Below are positions 1-11,564 of a DNA stretch of 64,000 bases, in pieces. The translations under genes and the position numbers were made by a program. Each line of letters starts with the position of its first letter. Within the stretch, counting starts at the first letter, position 1. The notes beneath the pieces were generated by a model. It was not told the origin of the DNA. It searched no databases and saw nothing but the letters and a program-made list of their open reading frames with translations. Source of the stretch: Verrucomicrobiota bacterium (GTDB lineage Bacteria > Verrucomicrobiota > Verrucomicrobiia > Opitutales > Coraliomargaritaceae); NCBI GenBank assembly GCA_039815375.1, contig JBCBZJ010000003.1, forward strand, positions 32,001-96,000. Direction: 5' to 3'.

Positions 1-6
1 CTTTTT

Positions 7-37
7 TTGACTTGTCTCCACAATTTCCTGATATAAT
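7..37 (+). promoter_or_regulatory. sigma70-type promoter (extended -10 TGnTATAAT; TTGACT upstream)
   Basis: TG-A-TATAAT at 29-37 and TTGACT at 7-12, about 20 nt before the ATG at 57. Confidence 0.55.
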
Positions 38-56
38 CCTGTAACTCTAAATAGCT

Positions 57-1121
57 ATGAAAATTCCCCTTAAACATGTCTCATTACTTGCGGGCGCAGT
101 AACAGCAATTATTTCTAGCCTTGGTGCAGTAGAAACAGTGCCCGTAGGTTACATCTCGAAGGACGTTAACCCAAATGCGGACCTTAGGCTCGGGATTCCT
201 TTTAAGCAGGGAGCAACTTTCAGGTCAGCTGTAGACACGGTAAATGCTGGTGTCATAGGAGTAGCAGCAAGTGTTCCCGATGTAACTACTGATGCTCATT
301 ACTTACTAGTTACTAATGGGCCTCTTGTCGGTAATTGGTTTCAGGTAACTGATTCATCTGATTCGTCGATAACCGTTGCTGTAGACCTTGAAAATGAAGG
401 TCTTTTGACTGGAAATACATTTGAAGTTATTCCTTTTTGGACTCTCGATTCCTTATTTCCTTCAGGTGGAGATATTCCTCAATCTTCCGATGTCCTTAAT
501 CCAGTTGCGTTTATTCTTCTAAATGATGTTTCTCAAACTGGAACTAATCTAGCAGCCACCGGTGGAACATTTGTTTTTCACTCTGGCGAACAAGTAGCTG
601 CTGGATGGTATGATACTTCTGGTGATTTTTCATCAACTGCAGGTTCCCAAATCCTGAGTCCGGAAACTTATATAACGATTAGAAATGAGACCGGATCAAT
701 TGTATCCGTAACTGTTGCAGGTACCGTTCCAGATACAACTATTGCAAACGATATAGTCTCACGTTTGGCTGGTAATCAAGATAATCAAATTGTTAATCCA
801 TTTCCTGCTGGTGTCACTCTTTCAACATCTGAGCTTTTTGAAGATGGTGTAATACGCGCATCCTCCGATGTTCTTAATCCACTGGATTTGCTTTTTGTAT
901 TTGAAGGTTCACCAGACGGAAAAAATCCTACTGCTTCTTTAACTGCTATTTACCACGATGGGGCTCAAGTTGCAGAGGGATGGTATGATCTTTCGGGCGA
1001 TTTCAGTTCGACAATTGATAGTTACGAATTACCGCTAGGCGGTGCTCTAATTGTTAGGCGTGTGGCTGGTGCCGATGGTCTAATTACTTGGACCCCTGCA
1101 TTACCTTACTCGCTTGACTAA
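57..1121 (+). CDS. TIGR02597-like secreted protein (Verrucomicrobia PEP-CTERM-associated family)
   Basis: Signal peptide, then T-x-PVGY motif; FEVIPFWTLDSLFP segment; next to a PEP-CTERM gene. Confidence 0.7.
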   Translation: MKIPLKHVSLLAGAVTAIISSLGAVETVPVGYISKDVNPNADLRLGIPFKQGATFRSAVDTVNAGVIGVAASVPDVTTDAHYLLVTNGPLVGNWFQVTDSSDSSITVAVDLENEGLLTGNTFEVIPFWTLDSLFPSGGDIPQSSDVLNPVAFILLNDVSQTGTNLAATGGTFVFHSGEQVAAGWYDTSGDFSSTAGSQILSPETYITIRNETGSIVSVTVAGTVPDTTIANDIVSRLAGNQDNQIVNPFPAGVTLSTSELFEDGVIRASSDVLNPLDLLFVFEGSPDGKNPTASLTAIYHDGAQVAEGWYDLSGDFSSTIDSYELPLGGALIVRRVAGADGLITWTPALPYSLD

Positions 1122-1167
1122 CATGACGCGACTACTCAGATAATTTAAAATAAAAACAAGAAACTAC

Positions 1168-1749
1168 ATGAAAAAATACCTAGCTTTATCGATTATCTGT
1201 TCGTTACCTGCTTTCACGTATGCGACAGTTTCGATTACTGGAACGTCACTCAACAATGTTCCTGGGATTGATATAGGAGACACAGTTGTTGTCTTAGTGG
1301 ATACAGATTCTAATTCGTCAGCCTTTGACCTCGCTGGTCTTTCTATCCTCGATGCAGGTTTATCGACAACCAGTTCTAGCACCTATACTGGTTATTCTGT
1401 GGTCTCGAGTGGAACAACTATTAGTTTCATAGGAAATCCTATTTACAACACTGCGATTTCGTTCGAATTAGGCGGTGGTATAGACAATGGGGATAAATTT
1501 GCTTTTGTTGTTTTTGATGATTCGGCAGCGACCACACTTGATGGAGATGCATTTGAGATCTATACAGATTCGTCTTGGGTTGTTCCTTTGGATGGAGATT
1601 ACACTTTTGGTTCATCGGGAGACTTCTCACAGTTAACTTCTTCTGAGAATTTCTCAGGAAATGGCACAGTAGTCCCCGAACCATCTGCCTATGCATTCAT
1701 CTCAGGTGCATTGGGACTCGTTTGGGTGATGCTTCGTCGCAGAAAGTAG
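1168..1749 (+). CDS. PEP-CTERM sorting-domain protein
   Basis: Signal peptide; C-terminal VPEPSAYAFISGALGLVWVMLRRRK (PEP, TM helix, basic tail). Confidence 0.95.
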   Translation: MKKYLALSIICSLPAFTYATVSITGTSLNNVPGIDIGDTVVVLVDTDSNSSAFDLAGLSILDAGLSTTSSSTYTGYSVVSSGTTISFIGNPIYNTAISFELGGGIDNGDKFAFVVFDDSAATTLDGDAFEIYTDSSWVVPLDGDYTFGSSGDFSQLTSSENFSGNGTVVPEPSAYAFISGALGLVWVMLRRRK

Positions 1750-1769
1750 AGCATATTAAGAAATTTTAT

Positions 1770-1798
1770 TAAGCCCCGCAGGTCTGCGGGGCTTTTTT
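1770..1798 (+). terminator. Rho-independent terminator
   Basis: AAGCCCCGCAG-GT-CTGCGGGGCTT followed by a T-run. Confidence 0.9.
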
Positions 1799-2156
1799 GT
1801 GTCCTATCGTTGAGAGAGGGAGATAATGGTACCCTTGCTTTTATCCAGAACTGGTCGACTGTCTTGATCAGCTTTACTGAAGGAGAAGATGGCCTTTCGT
1901 GCCATGGCCCGAACTGGTTGTTACTATTTTGACTGGTGTCGGATACGCCGAGGCAGACTAGTCAAAGAGTGAAGCGGATGGTTCGTAAATAGGCCCTGTT
2001 TTGTGCCTCAACGATAAGCTCACTATAGCGTGGAAATATATTTTTGGTAGTAGATACCAGATCAGCCCGTGTCTACGGAACGAGACGATGAGCTTTCTTA
2101 GTTCAGACCATATTCAGTTGCTTGCGAGGGGTGAACCCATACTCTGATAGAAAGAA

Positions 2157-2636
2157 TCAAATAGAGTCGTCAGCAATCACCTGAGGTTGTTCTGGTGTGC
2201 TTTTGACGAGTTCAGTTTTGGCTTTTTCAATGGCTTCCCTGACTTCTGCTAACCTGGTGGGATTGAGCTGCGGAACGTTATTCTTGGCTTCACTCTTATC
2301 GAGGTGAGAGAGTACATCATCACCACGGACGGCAAGGGCGGCAGCCAGCACCTTTTCGAGGCTGGCTTTGGGTTCGTCCTTGAACTTGAGATACCACGCG
2401 TTGCGTTCGATTGCTGCAGTTGCAATATGGTTGTCGATGATTACGCCGAGATTAAACTTGGATTGTTCATCCATTTGAGGGAGCGCCTGCACGTAGATGT
2501 TCAAGAAGTTCTGCAGCTGCCCGGCGACCGCGAGTGCACGTGTATTGGATGCGCCATAGCGGGCACCGAATTCAAATATGGCAATTGCTGCGAAAACGAG
2601 AGCAAGTGGCAAGAGTAGTGCCCGGATCTTATCCAT
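2157..2636 (-). CDS. hypothetical protein with N-terminal membrane anchor
   Basis: 159-aa ORF, hydrophobic N-terminus, helical remainder. Confidence 0.7.
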   Translation of the reverse strand: MDKIRALLLPLALVFAAIAIFEFGARYGASNTRALAVAGQLQNFLNIYVQALPQMDEQSKFNLGVIIDNHIATAAIERNAWYLKFKDEPKASLEKVLAAALAVRGDDVLSHLDKSEAKNNVPQLNPTRLAEVREAIEKAKTELVKSTPEQPQVIADDSI

Positions 2637-2743
2637 GTGAGACTGAGTTGATTCGTTTAGAAGGGTTTTGGAACTTTTTGACGATTCAAATTAAGAACCT
2701 ACTGTCGATCTGATTATTACTGTCCCAGGAACTAATCCGGGGA

Positions 2744-4168
2744 TTACTCAATCTCCCGGATCTGCGTGCTGTCGATCAACTTTTGACCTGCATACATCTT
2801 TGTGATTACAACCATCGGGTCGCCTTCTTTGGACCAGCCTTTTCGAATGAGACGCTTGAATCCACGCTGAATAGTTTCTTCGTGATCGTGATCGAATTCC
2901 ATGAAAAAGGGTTCAACACTCCGGCAAATCAGCAGTTGTTTAAAGAGCACGGGGTTATCGGTGAACGCGTAGATGGGAACACCCGGGCGAAGCGAGGACA
3001 GTTTTTGGGCAAAGATACCGCGGCGGGTAAAGACCATGAGCGCGCCGTTCAAATCAGCGGCAAGATAGGCAGCCGAGCGTAGCATCATAGAACGAGGAAG
3101 CTTTAGCGGGATGTCCTTGCGGATGAAGTTACGGTCTTCCACGGCCTCGATTCTGGCGGCGATACGTTTGATCGTCTCGACACATTCGACAGGGTATTTG
3201 CCGACGGTAGTTTCGCCTGAGAGCATGACACAGTCAGCCTGCTCACGAATCGCATTGGCAATGTCAGTCACCTCAGCGCGTGTTGGGAGTGGGGACTCGA
3301 TCATCGATTCGAGCATGTGGGTCGCCACGATGACGGGCTTCGTGTTGCGGATGCAGCAGTTGATTGCATCGGACTGAATGATAGGTAGGTCTTCGAATGG
3401 GCATTCGATACCGAGATCACCACGCGCCACCATCAGTCCGTCGGATGCTTTGACAATGCCTTCCAGATTTGAAATGGCCTGCTGGTCCTCGATTTTCGCA
3501 ATGATTTTTGCATCAGAACCGTGATCTTCAAGATACTCGTGAAATTCCTCGAGATCTTTGGGCTCTCGCACGAAGGAGAGTGCGAAGAAGTCGATGCCTT
3601 CTTCGATTCCAACATCAACGTCTCCTTGATCTTTCTTTGTTAGGGCGGGCAGATTGACTCGCACACCAGGCAGATTGATATGGCGGCGGTTTCCCATCGG
3701 GCCAGGGATGAGGACTTTGCAGCGCACGCGTTGACCTGTGATCTCGAGCACTTCCAGGCGGATGAGACCGCTATCGACGAGGACCGTGTCGCCGATGTTC
3801 ATATCTTTGGCGAAACCCGGGTAGTTTACGTCGACACGTCGATGTCCGTCCTTGCCGTTCCCTCCAATTCCCTCACCGAAAGTAAAATCAAAGATCTCGC
3901 CCTCAGTCAGTTCGAATATTTCCGGAACATCGCCGGTGCGAATCTCCGGTCCTTTAACGTCCATCAGCAATGCAATGTGCCGACCGACCTTTTCACAAAC
4001 CGCTTTGACGCGTTGTATAATTTCGCGGGACCAGGCGTGATCTGCGTGCGCCATATTCAGGCGGCAGATATCGACTCCGGCCAGGATGAGTCTTTCCAGT
4101 GTTTCTTCGTCCTGTGTCGCAGGGCCGATGGTAAAGATGATCTTTGTCTTCTGGTAGTTTTCTGGCAT
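2744..4168 (-). CDS. pyk: pyruvate kinase
   Basis: [41 protein letters not shown] motifs. Confidence 0.97.
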   Translation of the reverse strand: MPENYQKTKIIFTIGPATQDEETLERLILAGVDICRLNMAHADHAWSREIIQRVKAVCEKVGRHIALLMDVKGPEIRTGDVPEIFELTEGEIFDFTFGEGIGGNGKDGHRRVDVNYPGFAKDMNIGDTVLVDSGLIRLEVLEITGQRVRCKVLIPGPMGNRRHINLPGVRVNLPALTKKDQGDVDVGIEEGIDFFALSFVREPKDLEEFHEYLEDHGSDAKIIAKIEDQQAISNLEGIVKASDGLMVARGDLGIECPFEDLPIIQSDAINCCIRNTKPVIVATHMLESMIESPLPTRAEVTDIANAIREQADCVMLSGETTVGKYPVECVETIKRIAARIEAVEDRNFIRKDIPLKLPRSMMLRSAAYLAADLNGALMVFTRRGIFAQKLSSLRPGVPIYAFTDNPVLFKQLLICRSVEPFFMEFDHDHEETIQRGFKRLIRKGWSKEGDPMVVITKMYAGQKLIDSTQIREIE

Positions 4169-4179
4169 GTTTCCCGGGA

Positions 4180-4989
4180 TTAAATAGCTTGCCTGAGGGA
4201 AGCAGGCGGAGTGCCGATCTCGGGATCGATAACTTCAATCTTAAATTGATTGCCCAGCTCAGCAAACTTCTGCTGAACCAAGGCGACATTGTTACAGTCT
4301 TTGCTTAAATGCGCTAAATATACCTTCTGCAGCCGACTACCCGGAGCGATCTCGCTGAGAACCTCGTAAGTCGTGGCGTTGGAAAGGTGACCGTGCCGAC
4401 CCCGAATGCGCTGCTTGATCGACCATGGACGGCGTTCGTCCTGGTCAAGCAGCTTCTCGTCGTAATTTGCCTCAATCACAAGGGTTTCCACATTACGGAT
4501 TTGTTCGCGCACATTGCCGGGCACGTAGCCGAGGTCTGTCACCCAGGCGAGGCTACCCGGTCGGGCAAACAGGTCACCTTCCTCACCCCATGAAAAAGTG
4601 AATCCTACCGGGTCGAAGGCATCATGTGGAAGCTGGTAGCTGCATACTTCAAGATCTCGAAAACGGAAAGTTGTGCCGGTTCGAAAGTGCTGCCAGTTGA
4701 CCTGTTTGCTGCAGTATTTCTTCTGCACGGCATCGGCGGTATCCCGATTTGCAAAAACCGGTAGTTCGGCTCGTTTGGCGAGGCCGCGCAATCCCTGGGC
4801 ATGGTCACTGTGTTCGTGAGTCAGAAAAACCGCGTCGATCCGATCTATGGATTCGCCGATATTCTGTAGCATGTGCTCGATCCGGCGCGCGGAAAAGCCG
4901 GCATCAAGCAAGACACTGGTATGAGCGGTCTGGAGTAGGGCGCAGTTTCCACTGCTACTTGAGCCCAATATCCTGAAATTGACCGACAT
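4180..4989 (-). CDS. MBL-fold metallo-hydrolase (YycJ/WalJ-like)
   Basis: GSSSSGN, THEHSDH, HDA, GHLSN, HLS motifs; start taken at MSVNF. Confidence 0.88.
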   Translation of the reverse strand: MSVNFRILGSSSSGNCALLQTAHTSVLLDAGFSARRIEHMLQNIGESIDRIDAVFLTHEHSDHAQGLRGLAKRAELPVFANRDTADAVQKKYCSKQVNWQHFRTGTTFRFRDLEVCSYQLPHDAFDPVGFTFSWGEEGDLFARPGSLAWVTDLGYVPGNVREQIRNVETLVIEANYDEKLLDQDERRPWSIKQRIRGRHGHLSNATTYEVLSEIAPGSRLQKVYLAHLSKDCNNVALVQQKFAELGNQFKIEVIDPEIGTPPASLRQAI

Positions 4990-5165
4990 CCAATTCAAGT
5001 TGTAGGCACAGCTCAGGGTCCGCAAAGCTTTTCCGCTCTTGCCAGCAGCGTAATGACGGTTTTTCCTCCCCCGCTCATAGACTGTGCCGGGGCTTGCGCA
5101 TTAGCCATTCTTCGGCAAGATGTTAGGTATGTAAGGCGATTGATCCGTCACCGATAGGGAAAAAG

Positions 5166-6146
5166 ATGAATAGTGAAGACAGCACTCCGTCGCGGAACCA
5201 GTTGGAACCGTCGGCCGCACAACCCAGCAAATTTTACGACAAGAATTTTGCTCCAACCGATGCGTACCGAGATAGTCTCCCGGATATGCAAAATGCGGAT
5301 GCTCTCGAGATTTACGGTGCTAATGTGCCTATTTTGAAGGTAGGCATCTCTAATTTCCGCTTACCGCTTCGTTATATTACAGCCAGCTCAGATACGCACA
5401 CTCTGGAAACCTCGGTTACTGGCACGGTTTCTTTGGAAGCCAACCAAAAGGGAATCAACATGTCCCGGATTATGCGGGTCTTTTATGATTTCGAGGACCG
5501 TATTTTTACTCCCGATTTGCTGCGCGAGATTCTTACCGAATACAAAGACCAGATCCATGCGCATCGTGCTCAGTTGAAGTTGGACTTTGAATACCCGATT
5601 ATGAAACCGAGCCTCCGCAGTGGACTTGAAGGCTGGCAATACTATCGCTCTGCTTTTGAGGGAAAAATCGACGAGCTGGATCGTTTCCGGAAGTTTATTC
5701 ACTTCGATTTTATCTACTCATCGGCCTGCCCGTGCTCCTCTGAACTTTCAGAGCACGCGCGCGAAAGCCGCCAGGTCTATGGTATCCCGCATTCGCAGCG
5801 CAGCACCGCCCGGGTCAGTGTGGAGGTAGCTGAAGGCCAACATCTCTCGATCGAAGAAATTCAAGCCCTGTGTCTCGCAGCGCTGCAGACGGAGACCCAG
5901 GTCATGGTAAAGCGTGAGGATGAACAGGCCTTTGCGGAAATGAATGGTGCCTTTACGAAGTTCGTCGAAGATGCAGCTCGCCTGCTTTACGAGCAGCTGG
6001 ACAGCGAACCACAGATATTCGACTTCCAAGTCGCCTGCGCGCATCTTGAGTCACTCCATTCTCACGATGCGGTCGCTGTGATCAACAAGGGCGTGCCCGG
6101 CGGATTTACCGGCAATTTCGAAGATTACAAAAGCTTGATTCGCTAG
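5166..6146 (+). CDS. folE2: GTP cyclohydrolase I type 2 (FolE2)
   Basis: [35 protein letters not shown] motifs. Confidence 0.93.
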   Translation: MNSEDSTPSRNQLEPSAAQPSKFYDKNFAPTDAYRDSLPDMQNADALEIYGANVPILKVGISNFRLPLRYITASSDTHTLETSVTGTVSLEANQKGINMSRIMRVFYDFEDRIFTPDLLREILTEYKDQIHAHRAQLKLDFEYPIMKPSLRSGLEGWQYYRSAFEGKIDELDRFRKFIHFDFIYSSACPCSSELSEHARESRQVYGIPHSQRSTARVSVEVAEGQHLSIEEIQALCLAALQTETQVMVKREDEQAFAEMNGAFTKFVEDAARLLYEQLDSEPQIFDFQVACAHLESLHSHDAVAVINKGVPGGFTGNFEDYKSLIR

Positions 6147-6152
6147 ATCAGC

Positions 6153-6998
6153 CTAAGGAATCGTGATCTTGGCCGTTCCTGACGAGCTTGGACGCATGCG
6201 TTCGCCGCTGTGCTCGATGGTCAAGAACTCTCCCGCAGTGAAAAGAATATCAACCGGGCCACTTTTTTGAAGCGCGATGCTCTCTCCTTCGCTCATAGTA
6301 TTGCGATAGATCTCCTCATTGTTGTCTTTCTGCTTCACGAGCACATAAACATTTCCACTGGCAATCAGTGTGATACTGTCTGAACTAGCAGCGTCGGTCG
6401 GGTCACCGCCAGCAAGGGTCTCACTGATGCTGGGTGTATCACGTAGTTCTGGGGTCGCCACAAAGGAATCTTCGCTTTTTCCGCTGCCCAGAATAGCCCA
6501 GATCAGCCCGAAGAGAACAAAAACCAGCGCAAGGGTGCCTACAAAGATGAGACCGATCTTCATGTAGAAGGTCTTATCGCTTTCCTCTTCTTCAGCTGGA
6601 TCCGACTCATCCTGCGCTGCTTCTGCCTTGCTTGATGTTGGCGTAATCCGCCCAAAAGAGCTGCCGGTCGTCTCCGAACGCTCCGTTTCTCCATCCTTTT
6701 CGGATTTCTTCAGCTCCATCTGGCCGAACCATTCCGCCCCTGCCTTCTTGCCGAGCCGAGAGTTGCTCAACTGCTGGGCGTTGTAGTCGGTCAGAATTTT
6801 CTCTGCGTCGAGTTTCAGATAGCGTGCGTAGTTCTTGAGGAAGCCGCGCTTGTAAATTTCAGGCAGATCGAAATCGACTTTGTTCTGTTCAATACAGCTA
6901 AGGAAATCGCTACGAATTTTCGTTGCTTCTGCTGCTTCACGCAGGGAAATGCCCTTACGCTTGCGTGCTTCTTCCAGTCGTTCCCCGATACTTTGCAT
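6153..6998 (-). CDS. rodZ: RodZ-like HTH membrane protein
   Basis: N-terminal HTH (IGERLEEARKRKGISL...YKRGFLKNYARYL), one TM, C-terminal beta domain. Confidence 0.75.
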   Translation of the reverse strand: MQSIGERLEEARKRKGISLREAAEATKIRSDFLSCIEQNKVDFDLPEIYKRGFLKNYARYLKLDAEKILTDYNAQQLSNSRLGKKAGAEWFGQMELKKSEKDGETERSETTGSSFGRITPTSSKAEAAQDESDPAEEEESDKTFYMKIGLIFVGTLALVFVLFGLIWAILGSGKSEDSFVATPELRDTPSISETLAGGDPTDAASSDSITLIASGNVYVLVKQKDNNEEIYRNTMSEGESIALQKSGPVDILFTAGEFLTIEHSGERMRPSSSGTAKITIP

Positions 6999-7070
6999 GA
7001 ATCTGTCTATTTTTTTGAAATGCTTGCGCATCAACCGCAAGCACGAATCTCAGAAGGCTGACCGGAACTA

Positions 7071-10001
7071 TCATGTCGATGGCTTATGATTTTCGCTGAT
7101 TATCTGAATCGGGTCGCGTCCGAGTTCTCTCAATCGCTGATAGGCGAGGAATCTAACATGGCGAGTAGCAAATTTCTTTGTTAAACTTTGCTTAAATAGT
7201 TGGGTAGCAAGTGCGTCCTCTCCTCGTATGAACAGTATCTCAGCAGCAAATACATTAATGTCTACAGAGTGCTGTTTTTTAGGATTTGCGTCAGCAAGTT
7301 TAATTAGGCGATTCCTATGCTCGGCTGAGAGCTCGGTAGTCAGACTGATTTCGCTGTAAAGCTTCAGCATACTGCCTAGGGCTGCCATTTCCCATTTGTC
7401 TGTGCTGTATCCACTCTTACTTTTTGGTTTTCGGTATTTCGGATAGATCTTGTTTGCCTTTGCGAGTATTTGATTACGCCTATCCTTCCATCCCTTGCTA
7501 TCGGCAAGAAGTGCTGCAGTAATACCACACCAGATATCATTGGATTCCTCCATACTCTGTACAAGAATGGATATTGCAGAATCGATCTTACCTGCATGTA
7601 AATCAACTATTGCGGCATCTTTTTTTTCCCAGTTATAGCCGTTCCTATTCTCTTTATAAGCATTTTCGATAAATGCCGAAACATGGGGTGGAGCTTCTAA
7701 GGCGAAGGCACTTAAGTAGTTAATTAATCCGTATGCGTGGTTATATCGTTCAGAGGAAGATATCATGTAATCCAATCCTGTTTCTACATCACCATTAAAC
7801 CCATAAATCCAGCCAGCAGTATAAAGTGTAATTTCTGCGCCACAGCGTGCTCCTTCTTTTGCATATCGGACAGCTTCTTCCCACTGCCCTTGTTCAAAAA
7901 GCCCGCCTGCAATTCGGTGATTCGTGTATGAATGTAGTAGTCCATGGTCCGGGGATTGGAGTATGCTCTGTTCGGTTTTTAGCCAATCCTCATGTTCTTC
8001 TAACTCATAGTGAATTTGTGCGAGGGCATATAAGTTATTGCTGTTAGGGTCCTGATCCACTGCTGCTTGGTAATATTTTTTCGCCGAATGCAGCTTACCT
8101 TTGTCTTCATAGCGCTTCCCTAGAGCTTTGGGAATTTCAGAAGAAAGTTGCAGTTGACCTTCATATTTTGCCGCGAGCTGGTCGATAGGTATTTTCTTGT
8201 TTTTCAGTATACTATTTTTGATTAAAGCGACGCTGTTTGGATTGATGCGTTGCATTGCTTTTCGAGCGTAAACGGCATATGTGTGGGGCTCTATGTCTAG
8301 TGCGGTAATATCAAACGTATTGTAGCTGGACTGCTTAGCTTTGCCAAAATTCAAATCCTTGAACTCTGGGGCTGCATCCATGACGTGAAACACATGCAAC
8401 CAATCTTTTGCGGTTCCAATAATTTCACCAACCTCCATATCGCTCAGAACTCTTCTCACCTTTTGAGTGTTTGTTTCTGCATAGGCCTCTACAAGCTTCT
8501 CATAACGATGTCCCTTGATGTCCAAGAGCATGGATGTAACCGTATCGCCGACTGAAACTCCCCACCAATAGCGCATAAAGCGCAGCCGGTTCATGATATG
8601 TAGAAAACGTGTTTCCCAAATTAGGTCTGCTAGTAGGGCCGTGCTCGGTTGCTTGACGTCTGCGTCGGATACTTGTAGCTCACGCAGATCACTATAGAGC
8701 CTAGGAAAGTTGATTGCTTCTTCTACTTGTGCATCCATCAGCATAGATTCGATATGATCTTCATCGATGATTGAGTAGAGCACATCCCAAGCATTTAGAT
8801 CACGAGAGAGACTCTTTGGCTGCGTAGTCGTGTTCTCTATCGTAGAGTATAAGGATTCAACTGCACGGAAATCATCTAGTATAATCTTATTGAGTATGGC
8901 AGGCCCTTCAAGGGTAAGGCGGTGCAAGCTGGATACTCCGCCTTGCTCTGTGGCGAGATGTATAAGTTGCAAATTCTTTGAATTCGCTTCAATCGCAGGT
9001 TCAGCGACACGAAACAACTTGGCTTGGTTGTTGATTGGATAGGTTGCGAAGACTGTTAACATGCCTGCCAATTGGCTTTTGAAGCCCTCATCATGCATAT
9101 AGCTTTCAAGCTTCTTTAGGTCGTAATCTGCATATGATTGGACGACCGGTAGCCAATCGGGTGACTTGCCATCGAATTGCTTTGCGCTAGCGAGGTCTTG
9201 AAGAGCAAAGTTCGGGAATCCAGTTAATGCCCATGCGTAGGCACGTGTATAATAAGATTCTGCTGAGTCAGGATCCTGAGCAAGTAGTCTTTGAGCATAG
9301 ATCAAACCGCGTGCCATGCATGCCCGGGGGGCTGTAGAACTCAGCGAGTACGTTGCCATGCCCAGAGTTACATAGGCTTGGGATAATTGATTTAGGATTT
9401 GCGGCTCTTCGCCATAGGTATCGAGTAATCCATGTAGTTCGCGCAAATTCAGCCACAGCGAAAGGAAGTCGATTTGCTCAAGTTGAGGCACTGCAATCTC
9501 CCCGGGAAGCACTTCGAGGGCTACTTCGTGTGTGGGTGTCAAATCCAGCTGTTTCAGTAGCCCGATAAACTCTGACCTGGAAAGTTTGTCTGCTAGAACT
9601 AGAACATCGCGATAGAGTTTTGGGTCTGCATCGGTGACGGGGATCTCTCCAGCTATCTGTCGAGTAGTGTCTCCTGCAGAAATCGAGTAATGAAAAGCAG
9701 TTTTTTCGTACAGTCTGAAAGATAGTTGCAGGTCGTTATTGGATCTGTCCTCCGGGTTGAGGTCCCCCATGGACTCGTCGTAAGTTCTCCAGCCAAATTC
9801 CTGTTCGGCGGAGACAATCAGCCCTTGTCGTAATATTTCACGAAGAAGAGGAAGGCGCGCTTCATTTCGATAGTTTTTAAGAGGCCATGTGCCTGTTTCC
9901 AAAAACAGGCTCGGCTTCGCTTCACTATGCGCTGTCTGAAGCTGGGCTAATACACAAAATAATGAAAACAGTATACATGAGTTTACGCTTAGGTGCTTCA
10001 T
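7071..10001 (-). CDS. large secreted TPR-like repeat protein
   Basis: About 976 aa, signal peptide from MKHLS, TPR-like helices (AESYYTRAYAWAL; AKKYYQAAVDQDP); visibly AT-rich. Confidence 0.7.
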   Translation of the reverse strand: MKHLSVNSCILFSLFCVLAQLQTAHSEAKPSLFLETGTWPLKNYRNEARLPLLREILRQGLIVSAEQEFGWRTYDESMGDLNPEDRSNNDLQLSFRLYEKTAFHYSISAGDTTRQIAGEIPVTDADPKLYRDVLVLADKLSRSEFIGLLKQLDLTPTHEVALEVLPGEIAVPQLEQIDFLSLWLNLRELHGLLDTYGEEPQILNQLSQAYVTLGMATYSLSSTAPRACMARGLIYAQRLLAQDPDSAESYYTRAYAWALTGFPNFALQDLASAKQFDGKSPDWLPVVQSYADYDLKKLESYMHDEGFKSQLAGMLTVFATYPINNQAKLFRVAEPAIEANSKNLQLIHLATEQGGVSSLHRLTLEGPAILNKIILDDFRAVESLYSTIENTTTQPKSLSRDLNAWDVLYSIIDEDHIESMLMDAQVEEAINFPRLYSDLRELQVSDADVKQPSTALLADLIWETRFLHIMNRLRFMRYWWGVSVGDTVTSMLLDIKGHRYEKLVEAYAETNTQKVRRVLSDMEVGEIIGTAKDWLHVFHVMDAAPEFKDLNFGKAKQSSYNTFDITALDIEPHTYAVYARKAMQRINPNSVALIKNSILKNKKIPIDQLAAKYEGQLQLSSEIPKALGKRYEDKGKLHSAKKYYQAAVDQDPNSNNLYALAQIHYELEEHEDWLKTEQSILQSPDHGLLHSYTNHRIAGGLFEQGQWEEAVRYAKEGARCGAEITLYTAGWIYGFNGDVETGLDYMISSSERYNHAYGLINYLSAFALEAPPHVSAFIENAYKENRNGYNWEKKDAAIVDLHAGKIDSAISILVQSMEESNDIWCGITAALLADSKGWKDRRNQILAKANKIYPKYRKPKSKSGYSTDKWEMAALGSMLKLYSEISLTTELSAEHRNRLIKLADANPKKQHSVDINVFAAEILFIRGEDALATQLFKQSLTKKFATRHVRFLAYQRLRELGRDPIQIISENHKPST

Positions 10002-10058
10002 GTCCGTTGCGTAGTCTGCTACATTCAAAAAAGCGAGTATTAGTTTCGAGGCGTTTGC

Positions 10059-10952
10059 CTAGCTCAACTCAAAAAGTAGGTCGCCCCATTCGCCGTCTTT
10101 ACGGCTGTCCACCCTGGTTGTCACACCACGCAGTTCCATGAAACGATTTTCGTAGTGGGCACGTACCTCCTCGAGCTCTTGCACGAGGATGCCGCTGAGT
10201 GCGAGGGTGCCGCCTGCTTTGACGGCCTGAACGATGTGATCGGATTCCGGGATGAGCACATCGGTTTGAATGTTGGCCAGTAGCAGATCGGCCTGCCGCC
10301 CATTCAAGCCTTTTTCCAAATTGGCAACTTCGAATTCAACCGGTGGAATGTGCGAGTTATAATCAATGTTCTCGTGGCAAACGCGAATGGCCTCCGGATC
10401 GAAGTCGAAACCATAAACCTGTTTGAGTCCGAGTGCGGCTGCGGAAAACGTAAGCACGCCGGAACCACAACCGGCATCGATCACTTGGACCTCTTCCAGG
10501 CGATCTGCGGTTTTTTCGAGATAATCGAGCAATCGCCGCGCGCAAAGCCGCGTTGTTTCGTGTGCGCCGGTGCCGAAGGCCATGCCGGCATCGAGATAAA
10601 TGGTTGCTGCGCCTTCGGGTGGTGAAATGTTTGCTCTTTCCCAGAGAGGTATCCAGTGAAGCTGCCTATCGGACCAGGGTTTCACGAATTCCTTGTAGGC
10701 GTTTTTCCAATCTTCGTCCCGGATTGTGCTGCACACAAATTCACCCGGCAGCTTGGGAAATGCCCTACGCAACTCGGTGAGTTCGTTCTCGGCTGTTTTG
10801 TCGTCGGGAAAGAACCCGAATACTTCATACGGATCGTCGCGTTCACGCTGCATCACCCCCCAGTAGGTGGTTTCAGTTTCATAAAAATAAGCCTCTAGCA
10901 GGTCGGCCAGTTCGGCTGAGACGATAGTGCGGAGTTCGGTCTGGGTGCTCAT
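10059..10952 (-). CDS. prmA: ribosomal protein L11 methyltransferase
   Basis: [31 protein letters not shown] motifs. Confidence 0.93.
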   Translation of the reverse strand: MSTQTELRTIVSAELADLLEAYFYETETTYWGVMQRERDDPYEVFGFFPDDKTAENELTELRRAFPKLPGEFVCSTIRDEDWKNAYKEFVKPWSDRQLHWIPLWERANISPPEGAATIYLDAGMAFGTGAHETTRLCARRLLDYLEKTADRLEEVQVIDAGCGSGVLTFSAAALGLKQVYGFDFDPEAIRVCHENIDYNSHIPPVEFEVANLEKGLNGRQADLLLANIQTDVLIPESDHIVQAVKAGGTLALSGILVQELEEVRAHYENRFMELRGVTTRVDSRKDGEWGDLLFELS

Positions 10953-11029
10953 GAGCGAGGAGTGGAAATGGGAGCAAAAGTTTTTTCAACTTCTTGAATG
11001 CCGGGTGATTTGAATTAACCTCAACTGAT

Positions 11030-11560
11030 ATGCCAACCTATAAACTCAATTCCGGAGGAATCCTGCCGGACATTACGCTCCCTCTTGTCGGAGGAGGTGA
11101 AGCCAGGCTTGGAAAAGCCGACAATCCAGCGAACTGGCGTCTCGTTTTCATCTACCGTGGGCTCCACTGTCCGGTCTGCCACCAATACCTCAAGCAGCTG
11201 GATTCGTTGCAGCAGCAGTTTCTCGACGCCGGGGCCGAGATCGTCGTTGCCTCCGGCGATCCCATTGAAAAGGCCGAGGCTATGGCCACAGAAGAAGAGC
11301 TGAGTCTTCAAATTGCCTATGGGTTGAGCATAGAACAAATGCAATCCCTTGGCCTCTGGATTTCCGAGCCACGCTCCGATGATGAGGTCGACCGTCCTTT
11401 TGCCGAGCCAGGCATGTTTGCCATCAATACAGACGGCAAGATTCAGTTGATTGACCAGTCCAATACACCATTCAATCGAGCTGACCTGAATGAGCTGCTC
11501 GATACAGTTATTTGGATTCAGGAAAACAATTATCCGGTTCGCGGCACCTACGGGCAGTAG
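11030..11560 (+). CDS. AhpC/TSA-family peroxiredoxin-like redoxin
   Basis: YRGLHCPVC CxxC motif and FAEPGMF. Confidence 0.85.
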   Translation: MPTYKLNSGGILPDITLPLVGGGEARLGKADNPANWRLVFIYRGLHCPVCHQYLKQLDSLQQQFLDAGAEIVVASGDPIEKAEAMATEEELSLQIAYGLSIEQMQSLGLWISEPRSDDEVDRPFAEPGMFAINTDGKIQLIDQSNTPFNRADLNELLDTVIWIQENNYPVRGTYGQ

Positions 11561-11564
11561 GTCG

